Assembly: GCA_026625185.1 (NCBI GenBank)
Contig: CP113000.1
Coordinates: 240,001 to 272,000 of the forward strand
From: Thermodesulfobacteriota bacterium
GTDB lineage: Bacteria; Desulfobacterota; WTBG01; JAGOGO01
Direction: 5' to 3'
Length of the DNA stretch: 32,000 nt
In this document: positions 7,982 to 15,756 of the stretch, one piece after another
Layout: every line of letters starts with the position of its first letter
Position numbering within the stretch: position 1 is the stretch's first letter
The notes under the pieces: model-generated
Databases searched by the model: none
Seen by the model: the letters and a program-made list of their open reading frames with translations, nothing else
What the model was told of the DNA's origin: nothing
Program-made: the position numbers and the translations under genes

Positions 7982-8137
7982 TTTCACTGACAAAATTCAA
8001 TAAAAAAATTTTAATTTTGTCCCTTATATCATCGTTCTCTTTCCCATAAATATTAACTGCAACCTCAATCAATGTTAGCTACCGGAAGACTGATCTGGAA
8101 GCTTTCTTAAAAACCAAGGTGGTAACAATCTGGGAAA

Positions 8138-8377
8138 ATGAAAAAGATTGTGAATAGCTCTATAAATCCAGCATGGCTAAGGCCAAAAGCCGCTGCTGCT
8201 TATTGTGGTGTTTCGGAAAGAACGTTGCGAAAGTGGCTTTCTGAGGGGCTATCCTATTCGAGAGTGCATGGAGTGATCCTCATTCGAGTTTCGGAACTTA
8301 ACGATTTTATCCACAATTTTGAGGTAAAGGAAAACCAGGTTGATCGCATCACTGCAGAGGTATTGCGTGACTTCTAA
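8138..8377 (+). CDS. Excisionase/AlpA-family helix-turn-helix DNA-binding protein (79 aa)
   Basis: LRPKAAAAYCGVSERTLRKWLSEGLSYSRVHGVILIRVSELNDFI fits the HTH_17 / MerR-like excisionase pattern. It sits immediately upstream of the primase gene, as in P4-like islands. Confidence 0.7.
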   Translation: MKKIVNSSINPAWLRPKAAAAYCGVSERTLRKWLSEGLSYSRVHGVILIRVSELNDFIHNFEVKENQVDRITAEVLRDF

Positions 8378-8434
8378 ACCCGATACAAAACGAACGATTG
8401 AAACTAAAAACTTTTAAAATAAAGGAGGATCATT

Positions 8435-9061
8435 ATGAGCTTAAAACGATCTTTACACCCCGAGCACGTTGAAGATCTACGAAGGAGTGGGCTTTCAGAC
8501 GAAGCAATAAAAGAAGCAGATTGCGAGTCAATCCCACCTGATCTAATTAATCGAGAAATTGGTAATAACCCAAGTATAAAATCAGCCTATAAAATACCCT
8601 ATCCGGGAACTGATGGTTTTTGTCGTTACAAAGTTTTTTATCACGAAGGCAAAGGCGGGCCTAAATATCGTCAGCCCAAGGCTTCCGGCAACCGGCTTTA
8701 TATCGTTGAAGAAACAAGGGCCGTTCTTGGTGATCCTTCAATTCCCATTTATTTCACGGAGGGAGAAAAGAAGACCCTGAAAGCCTGCCAGGAAGGATTG
8801 TATTGTGTTGGTCTTTCCGGTTTATGGAACTGGAGTAATGGGAATAAAGAACTAATCCCAGATTTCGATTTAATTGCTTTTAAAGACAGGGAAGTCTTCA
8901 TTGTGCCTGACAACGACTGGCAAGACTTGAATAAGCATGGCTACCCGAAGAACCTTGAACGAGCCGTTAAGGAATTTGCATATAAGCTTATGGAAAAAGG
9001 CGCACGGGTTTTTATTATTCAGTTACCAAAGGAGGATGACCATTATGAAGATAGGACTTGA
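8435..9061 (+). CDS. Toprim-domain (DUF3854-like) primase N-terminal part (208 aa)
   Basis: AAGGAGG RBS. Toprim acidic motifs YFTEGEKKTLKA and FIVPDNDWQD. It ends just before the expected K-x-G-x-DD-x-L motif, which appears in the next frame. Confidence 0.7.
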   Translation: MSLKRSLHPEHVEDLRRSGLSDEAIKEADCESIPPDLINREIGNNPSIKSAYKIPYPGTDGFCRYKVFYHEGKGGPKYRQPKASGNRLYIVEETRAVLGDPSIPIYFTEGEKKTLKACQEGLYCVGLSGLWNWSNGNKELIPDFDLIAFKDREVFIVPDNDWQDLNKHGYPKNLERAVKEFAYKLMEKGARVFIIQLPKEDDHYEDRT

Positions 9062-10817
9062 TGATTACTTATTGAATCATACTATGGAAGAATTCCAACG
9101 GCTTCCCCGTCCTGAAGTTCTTACCCTTGAGCAAAAAATCAAAAGTGCTACCCCTCAAAGCCTTGACGCTCAACACCTTAAAGTGCTCTTACAAGAAATT
9201 GCTCAGGAATCAAGTGAGAGCCGGAAAAATTTACTTATTAAGAGCTTGTCAAAGAAGCTTAAGATAGGGATAAGGGCATTACAAGCAGACATTAGGGCTT
9301 ATTCGCGGAGAGGTGTTAGCTCAGACCGTAAACCTACAGCTTGCGCTTATTTTCCGTGCCTTGTGGACATCGTGAAAAACGAAAATGGCCAATACCTCTT
9401 TTTGATAAAAGGGTTAGAACTTACACTCGCCACGGAAATTGAGCGAGAAGGGGAAGTTTACGTACCACCAGAGAAAAAACATTGCCGTTTTTTACTTGGA
9501 AACGCAGAAGAGATTAAAAAACATTATGAAATTGATAGCGACCACCAGTTATATTGGGATGTACTTAAACGACTGCAAGAGGTGTCCGTCCTACCGGACA
9601 AGAGCTATTACCACCTGGTGACGGTTTATGTTTTCCTTACTTACCTTTTTGAGCACCTCTCTTATTTCCCCTATTTATGGTTTTTTGGGCAACCTGAGCG
9701 AGGCAAAAGCCGGATAGCAAAAGCTGTCACTCATTTAAGCTACCGAGGGTTTTATACTGAAACCCTAAACGAAGCATTTATTTTTCGATTTGCTGAAAGG
9801 TTTAAGGGCACGCTGGGCCTAGACCTATACGAAATTTCCGAGAAAGCACGAGATAGAAAAAGTTATGATTTGTTTTTGGGACGGTCTGGAAAAGACTTAA
9901 GTGTTCCACGAATCAGACCGGATAAAGAAGGTTTTCCCGATACTGATTTCTATGACTGCTGGGGGCCAACAGTGCTGGCAACCAATGTTGAGATTCCTGT
10001 TCACGATCCCCTGAGAAGCAGGTGTATAAAAATTACTATGCCGGAAGCCCGGGCAAAGTACCCAAACAATAATTCCCCTGAAGCATTAGCAGACCTAAAA
10101 AACCGCTTGATTGGTTTTCGGGCACGAAACTTTGACAAAAAAATTCAGGAAATAGATAAGCCAATAGAAGGGCGTTTAGGTGACATTATGCAACCCCTTT
10201 TTTTCGTGGCTCAATTGTTACCACCAGAAGCAAAAGGAAATCTGATTTCATTAATTGGAGAATTTGAAGGTGAACGAACTCAAAGCGAATCCGAAACCCT
10301 GGCAGGAAGGATTGTCCAAGCCATCTATGACTTGGAAGATGAAGTCGAAAATGGAAAGTTGCCTTTTGAGAAGGTGAGAGAAAAAGTTAATGAGGACATT
10401 GAGGAACGTTACCGTTTTGCACCTCAAACGATTGGACGGGAAATTTCCAGCTTGGGAATCAACCGGAAGAAGTCTGGCGGGTTAATCTTTTTAGTTTGGG
10501 AGCAATCGAAGCTGAGTGAACTTTTTAAAAGATATTTACCCACTGAAAATAATGTCCCTAACATCCCTAATGTCCCTAACGTAGAATTGACGGAGCTTCC
10601 CGATTGGGACGAATTTTTTCAAATGTCCCCGTTATCCCCGAAAATGCCCATAATCAAGGACGAAAAAAGGGAAGCAAGGGAGAAAACAAAAAAAATTTCC
10701 CTGCCCGTAAAATCAATGTTGACAAGGCATAGGGTCATTAGGGACGAAAGGGGCGAAATTTTAAATCCGAAAAAAAATAAATTTTCACCCCCTGAAATTG
10801 AAGAAATTATTGAATGA
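9045..10817 (+). CDS. P-loop NTPase/helicase-like part of the island primase-helicase (about 590 aa)
   Basis: The track ORF is 8937..10817. I prefer the start at ATG 9045 (MKIGLDDYLL), 9 nt after AAGGAGG at 9029-9035. Walker A is FFGQPERGKSRIAKAV. Confidence 0.65.
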   Translation: MKIGLDDYLLNHTMEEFQRLPRPEVLTLEQKIKSATPQSLDAQHLKVLLQEIAQESSESRKNLLIKSLSKKLKIGIRALQADIRAYSRRGVSSDRKPTACAYFPCLVDIVKNENGQYLFLIKGLELTLATEIEREGEVYVPPEKKHCRFLLGNAEEIKKHYEIDSDHQLYWDVLKRLQEVSVLPDKSYYHLVTVYVFLTYLFEHLSYFPYLWFFGQPERGKSRIAKAVTHLSYRGFYTETLNEAFIFRFAERFKGTLGLDLYEISEKARDRKSYDLFLGRSGKDLSVPRIRPDKEGFPDTDFYDCWGPTVLATNVEIPVHDPLRSRCIKITMPEARAKYPNNNSPEALADLKNRLIGFRARNFDKKIQEIDKPIEGRLGDIMQPLFFVAQLLPPEAKGNLISLIGEFEGERTQSESETLAGRIVQAIYDLEDEVENGKLPFEKVREKVNEDIEERYRFAPQTIGREISSLGINRKKSGGLIFLVWEQSKLSELFKRYLPTENNVPNIPNVPNVELTELPDWDEFFQMSPLSPKMPIIKDEKREAREKTKKISLPVKSMLTRHRVIRDERGEILNPKKNKFSPPEIEEIIE

Positions 10818-11212
10818 GAACTAATTATCTGGTTGCTAAAGAAATAAAAGCGAAGTTGAAGGGCGGGAAAGTAGCTTTAATCAGGCCAGGCGAAATTGTT
10901 TCTCTTGATTCAGAAAAAGCAGAACCCTTTATCAAAACTGAAAAGCTAAAGCCCTTGGTAATGGTTGAAAACATGCACCCAGAAGGATGTAGTAAATCCT
11001 TTTTGGCCAAAAAGGTTAACTTGTCTAGTCTCAATGGAGTTATTTATTTTGCTTCAAACGAATGTGTGGCTAAAGAGCTAAGTGGAAAAGGGATCGTTTG
11101 CTACACGGCTGACGAGCTAGAAACGTTAACCAGTAAGCAGTTTCGACACGATGAACTAAAAAAGATTCACGAGATCAAAATGGTATTTCCTGGAAGTAAA
11201 ATTATTCAATGA
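10814..11212 (+). CDS. Hypothetical protein (132 aa), coupled to the helicase gene
   Basis: ORF track. 4-nt ATGA overlap with the upstream stop. Confidence 0.55.
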   Translation: MRTNYLVAKEIKAKLKGGKVALIRPGEIVSLDSEKAEPFIKTEKLKPLVMVENMHPEGCSKSFLAKKVNLSSLNGVIYFASNECVAKELSGKGIVCYTADELETLTSKQFRHDELKKIHEIKMVFPGSKIIQ

Positions 11213-11300
11213 ATTTGTAGCGGTTCAAAGGAAAGTAGACAGATGATGGGTAAAAATACGAGAGGGTTTTAGGTAAAATATAAGCTGATACTGATAAATC

Positions 11301-11987
11301 TTAAGGCCTGGCGTTCATCGCCATAACATTATAGACTGCTGGAAGGGTCAATTCCCTTTTTGAGTCACAATGATCCAAATATTTTTCGGTCACCTCTTCC
11401 CATTTTTTTATTTCATTTGCCATTAAATTAATCACATCTCCTAAATCAACTGTTTGAAAAACCTTTAGCCATTCAGCGTTATCAATGGCCAATACAATTT
11501 CAGGGATAACAGAAAATAATATTTTGCTGGCTCCTACCAGTCCATAGGAGTTTTTACCCATAGTAATGGGGAGTAACTTTTTAAAGGCATTCCATAAAAG
11601 GTGAATGATTTGTTTTTTTGTTTCTTCATCAAGTAATAATAGGGCTCTGGTTCTTGGTTCTATCCTTTTGTTGATAAGAAGAGACTTTACAAAGAGTAAC
11701 TCCTCCTTGGCAGAATCCCAACAGTGCAGCAGCTTGTTCTCCGGGTCATTAACCTGTCCATTTTTATTTTTTATGCCGAACAAGGGGCTTTTTTTAGCCC
11801 TTGTCATTTTAAAATTAGGCAATAGGGTAGCAGCGTTTTTCTTAAATGTTTCCTCTGTAAGGATATTTGAACCTTCTATAATCGTTCTAACCGTTCGATC
11901 ATAGCTTGGGTTAAATTCTGTTATCGCGTTTGTTATCTTCGGCGCAGGTATCGGCTTTCCATTGTGAAAAAGTACTTTGTATTGCAA
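11301..11987 (-). CDS. Hypothetical protein (about 228 aa), divergent from the XRE regulator
   Basis: The track ORF is 11301..12020. AAGGAGG (plus-strand 11997-12003) lies 9 nt upstream of an in-frame TTG at 11987, which I take as the start. No family recognised. Confidence 0.5.
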   Translation of the reverse strand: MQYKVLFHNGKPIPAPKITNAITEFNPSYDRTVRTIIEGSNILTEETFKKNAATLLPNFKMTRAKKSPLFGIKNKNGQVNDPENKLLHCWDSAKEELLFVKSLLINKRIEPRTRALLLLDEETKKQIIHLLWNAFKKLLPITMGKNSYGLVGASKILFSVIPEIVLAIDNAEWLKVFQTVDLGDVINLMANEIKKWEEVTEKYLDHCDSKRELTLPAVYNVMAMNARP

Positions 11988-12150
11988 AAGGAAACTCCTC
12001 CTTCTATTTGCCTTTAGCAATGCACTATAAGCTACAAATATTTACTAATTTTAATGCCAATTGGCGTTACTTGTCAAGATAATAACCGTCAATAGCCTCT
12101 GGTATTCACTCATTCTAAAGTTTATAAACCTTAAAAAAGGAGAAAACGGA

Positions 12151-12489
12151 ATGAGTGACATCAAGGCAATTCTAGGAGCAAGAATCCGTAAGCTAAGAAA
12201 AGAAAGGAGGCTATCTCAAGAGGCATTGGCGGAAAAGGCCAACCTTCATTACACTTTTATTGGGGAGGTTGAGCGAGGCGAAAAGAACATCTCCTTAGTG
12301 AGCTTAGAAAAATTAGCTAAAGCTCTCGAAGTAACCCTTATAGACCTTTTTGATTTGCCTGAATTAAAGGAAAGGCCAAATGATTTCAAAAAGAAGCTCA
12401 CCCAAGAAATAAAAGGCTTCGATGACGAAACAGCAGGGGCATTGTTGAAACTGATTAAAACCATTAAATTGGCTAAACACCGAAAATAA
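12151..12489 (+). CDS. XRE-family helix-turn-helix transcriptional regulator (112 aa)
   Basis: AAGGAG RBS, then ATG 12151. IRKLRKERRLSQEALAEKANLHYTFIGEVERGEKNISLVSLEKLAKAL is a classic HTH_3 pattern. The track ORF starts upstream at a TTG, which I reject. Confidence 0.85.
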   Translation: MSDIKAILGARIRKLRKERRLSQEALAEKANLHYTFIGEVERGEKNISLVSLEKLAKALEVTLIDLFDLPELKERPNDFKKKLTQEIKGFDDETAGALLKLIKTIKLAKHRK

Positions 12490-12537
12490 GCTCCTATGAG
12501 CCATAAAGATAACTTGTAGGAAAATTTTAGCAATCAG

Positions 12538-12561
12538 GCGGGAGAAAAACCCGCTTTTTTT
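12538..12561 (+). terminator. Intrinsic terminator of the XRE gene
   Basis: gcggg agaaaaa cccgc followed by ttttttt. Confidence 0.65.
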
Positions 12562-12714
12562 GTTTTTCTGAAAAGCGGGACTATAGCGGAACAGAATAAT
12601 AAGATAAACAGCAAAAGATTGACTTTAAAATTTTTCTGAATCGAGAAGAGTTTAAATTACCTTGTGAGCAGTACGGAGTTGTGCTGAAGATGCACAGTTG
12701 GATATATTATTGAA

Positions 12715-13347
12715 TCATCTAAAAATGCTCAATAAAAGATAAATAAAACCATAAATCAAGTTCTTAAGAAGATTTATTACCGGATTTAAAAGGCCGGTAA
12801 AAAGTAAAAAAGCCAATATAAAAAAACCGTAGGGTTCAATCCTTGCGAGTTCCTGTTGGGCGTCCCTCGGCAGAAGGCTCATAAGGATCCTTGAACCATC
12901 GAGGGGTGGGATGGGGATCAAATTAAAAGCTCCCAAAATAATATTTATTCTAACTACAATGGAAAGAAGTGTCCCAAAGGCCGTGTTTGTGCTAGTGCTT
13001 TGAAGTTGTAACAGTACTATTGCAATGCTTGCAATAAGAATATTCGTTAAACAACCAGCCAAAGAAACAGCGATCAATCCAAAACGAGAATTGCTTAAAC
13101 GATAATAATTAACCGGTACCGGTTTTGCCCAACCAAAACCTACCAGGAAAAGCATTAGCGTGCCGATGGGATCAAGGTGAGAAATCGGATTAAGTGTTAA
13201 TCGACCATAACGCCAAGCCGTATCATCGCCAAAAAGACGCGCTACCCAACCATGCGCAACTTCATGGAAAATCACTGAATAAAGAAGAATCAGCGCCAAT
13301 AGGATAAATAAGGCCGGATTTGTAAATAAAAGCGATAAGAACCCCAC
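12715..13347 (-). CDS. Site-2 protease (peptidase M50) family membrane metalloprotease (210 aa)
   Basis: HExxH motif in FHEVAHGWVARLFG, then LNPISHLDPIGT and multiple hydrophobic helices. Confidence 0.8.
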   Translation of the reverse strand: MGFLSLLFTNPALFILLALILLYSVIFHEVAHGWVARLFGDDTAWRYGRLTLNPISHLDPIGTLMLFLVGFGWAKPVPVNYYRLSNSRFGLIAVSLAGCLTNILIASIAIVLLQLQSTSTNTAFGTLLSIVVRINIILGAFNLIPIPPLDGSRILMSLLPRDAQQELARIEPYGFFILAFLLFTGLLNPVINLLKNLIYGFIYLLLSIFR

Positions 13348-13426
13348 TTGATGCCTCCTTAAATTTCAATTCTTAGGCAGATGGATGAACCACTTTCCCT
13401 GGGCAGAAAAAGTGGAAGCTGTCAAT

Positions 13427-13702
13427 TTAAAGAGAGTCACGTCCTTCTAATAATGCCCTAATAGCTGGCTTAACATAGATTTGATTAAGACCAAAGTTCC
13501 TTAATGCCTGGACAAAAACTTTTATCTTTTCTTTTTCCGTAGCCTTAGAGTTGATAATCAAAAGATGCTCCCCTCTTAATATGCAAAGGCCGCCCAATGA
13601 GTTTATTGTCTCCTCCTCAAAACTAATTGGCTCATAACGGAACTGAATTCCAAATCCTTTAGCCAATTCCTCAAGCTGATCGATTATGACATAATCTTCC
13701 AT
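13427..13702 (-). CDS. Hypothetical protein (91 aa)
   Basis: ORF track. Same strand as, and tightly spaced with, the flanking membrane-protein and M50 genes. Confidence 0.5.
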   Translation of the reverse strand: MEDYVIIDQLEELAKGFGIQFRYEPISFEEETINSLGGLCILRGEHLLIINSKATEKEKIKVFVQALRNFGLNQIYVKPAIRALLEGRDSL

Positions 13703-13729
13703 GCTGGTTGTGACCCTTCTGGCTCTTTG

Positions 13730-14134
13730 TTAGGTAGTACTTGCTCTTATAGCTTTTTTTCTGAAGATAAGTATGAGCACACCGAGCACAACAGAAAAGA
13801 TGACTTTCTGAGAATAATACCAAACGGGCAGTCCGTAAGGGATACTACCCACAAGGTAAAAAATTCCGAAAGCTATTAACCAGTATGCGGCAAATATTAA
13901 CATTGCTCCATAGTTGAGGGGATTGCGGGCAAGGATTACAAAAAATAATCCCATCATCCCAACTGTCGCCAGAAATAATCGCAATATAAATACTGTTGTT
14001 GGTTCGGCAGTGGGGGGCTGAATACCAGCCCAGTGGTAGATCTTAGTTATAACTGGCCATGGGAGGGCAGCATAAATAAACCCAAGCAGAAAAGATATGG
14101 CACAAATCCACAGAATAATCTTTAAGCCTTTCAT
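13730..14134 (-). CDS. Integral membrane protein (134 aa, about 4 TM helices)
   Basis: ORF track. GGAGG RBS. Four long hydrophobic stretches. Confidence 0.6.
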   Translation of the reverse strand: MKGLKIILWICAISFLLGFIYAALPWPVITKIYHWAGIQPPTAEPTTVFILRLFLATVGMMGLFFVILARNPLNYGAMLIFAAYWLIAFGIFYLVGSIPYGLPVWYYSQKVIFSVVLGVLILIFRKKAIRASTT

Positions 14135-14241
14135 TTCTCTACCTCCTTTTAATAATTGTTGACAGCCAACAAGACCAAACTATTATATGGTCACATGTTA
14201 GAATTTTTTAGTTGGTTGCTATGAAGAGTGAAGCTTAAAAT

Positions 14242-14280
14242 AAAAAAAGCCTATCACCTTTTATCAGGCAATCCGGCCTT
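14242..14280 (-). terminator. Repeat-family terminator hairpin, copy A (downstream of mcrBC)
   Basis: The minus strand reads GGCC GG ATTGCC TGATAAAA GGTGAT A GGC TTTTTTT. It is homologous to the copies at 23486-23525 and 27448-27488. Confidence 0.75.
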
Positions 14281-14685
14281 CTCTAAACATATTAAAATTT
14301 GAACCCCATTTTCTTGCACCATCTTTTAACGATGCCTCTTTTTGGGTTTGTTATTTCTCCTTTTGATAATACTTTATTTGGAAAAAGTCAAACATTATTA
14401 ATAGATTGGGTTTTAAAATTAAGCAGGGGAAAAAAGGCATTACTTTCTTTCATTTCTCATGATTTTTCTCTGTTTTACCTGAAAAAAACTTAAATACACG
14501 TAAATTTTGATAGATATTTAATACCCAATACTTTAATAAGGCCCTTTCAAAACAGCAAAAGTTTTACTTTTAAACTGAAGAAAAGCCCCTTTTAAGGGTA
14601 GAAAAAAACAGAGGAGGAATATTGGAAGGCCTTAAAGGAGATTCGGTTTTATGTCGGGTTTAATCAAGTGGGGTTAATAGATAAT

Positions 14686-15756
14686 TTATGCAGTGCCTAC
14701 ATTTTGCATCCCTGTATTTAATATTTCCAGCATACTTTTGTGAATCTGCTGCCAGGGTTTATTTAAGTTAATAGTCCTTATCATTAACTTATGGCCGCTC
14801 ATCATGTAGTTAAGGTTAACTTCATTACTTACTGTTGGATAGAGTAATAGCCCGGTGCACTGCCCACTAATGTCATTTTTTGCCTCTATATTTTTCAGGT
14901 ATGCAAATATTTGATATAAATTTTGAGAATGAATTTTTTCCTGATCATAATACTCCGCAAGAGCTTCTTTATAATATTTTGCATCAATAATCATCTTAGT
15001 AGTGTTTGATTTAATGGAAATATCAGTTGTCATTTTGGGCAGGTACGAACCAGAAATTTCATCCAAGGCGGTTACATTCCAGCTAATATCCTCACGCCCC
15101 ACATGATAATAGGGTGCTTCTATGATGTAAAATTTTCGTATAAACTCCTCAAAAAGCCCCGCCATTTGTCGTTCATCGCGTAGAAAGTCGCGAAATTTAC
15201 TTTTGCCTGGTTCTTCAGAAACCAATAAGTTATCATAAACTAATTCACATATTTTCAGTAAAAAATCATAAAATGAGTTGTTTTGATGCAATTGCACACG
15301 GTTAAAAAGTACCCCTGTAAGTTTTATGCCATCAATTTCGTGGAGACGACGATAAAGACCAATGAGCTCATTCTTTAAAGTTTTATCTATAGCTTCAATA
15401 CATATCAATTCCCATATGGTTGATTTTATGATTCGATTATGGAGAATGTTGTGGCTGAGTTCATCATATTCACAATGAACTTGAGCCTTAATTAAAAGAT
15501 TACGTTTTATGGTATGATTAAAACTGAATTTTCCTTTTAATGCGCAGGTATCCTCAGAAAACAATAAATAACCTCTATCCAAGCCCCTTTTAAGTAAATG
15601 GTTCATACCTCCGAGTAATACCTTTGAAAAAAGATCAACAAGGTTTGTCGTATCTATTCCGCTAACATTTACCACATCACGCTCGTCGAGCTTATTCCAA
15701 GCATAACAAAGGAGGTAATAAATGTTTTGTATTGGAATCGTTGTGGCGATGTTCAT
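14686..15756 (-). CDS. mcrC: McrC-like subunit of a type IV (modification-dependent) restriction system (356 aa)
   Basis: The N-terminus IQNIYYLLCYAWNKL is typical of McrC. A C-terminal PD-(D/E)xK-type motif lies around MIIDAKYY. 4-nt overlap with mcrB. Confidence 0.85.
   Translation of the reverse strand: MNIATTIPIQNIYYLLCYAWNKLDERDVVNVSGIDTTNLVDLFSKVLLGGMNHLLKRGLDRGYLLFSEDTCALKGKFSFNHTIKRNLLIKAQVHCEYDELSHNILHNRIIKSTIWELICIEAIDKTLKNELIGLYRRLHEIDGIKLTGVLFNRVQLHQNNSFYDFLLKICELVYDNLLVSEEPGKSKFRDFLRDERQMAGLFEEFIRKFYIIEAPYYHVGREDISWNVTALDEISGSYLPKMTTDISIKSNTTKMIIDAKYYKEALAEYYDQEKIHSQNLYQIFAYLKNIEAKNDISGQCTGLLLYPTVSNEVNLNYMMSGHKLMIRTINLNKPWQQIHKSMLEILNTGMQNVGTA

Noticed and set aside
8937-9044. 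Upstream 36 codons of track ORF 8937-10817
   Set aside because: This stretch overlaps the Toprim ORF in another frame with no RBS. ATG 9045 (or 9036) after AAGGAGG is the credible start.
10554-10580. Three tandem 9-bp repeats (gtccctaac atccctaat gtccctaac) encoding PNIPNVPNV
   Set aside because: It is an in-frame low-complexity linker inside the helicase gene. It could vary by slippage, but nothing suggests a separate function.
14299-14493. 64-aa plus-strand ORF in the mcrC downstream region, and the similar ORFs 23467-23703 and 27287-27538
   Set aside because: They overlap the repeat elements, have no RBS, have AT-rich phenylalanine/leucine-rich translations, and are not conserved between the three homologous regions.
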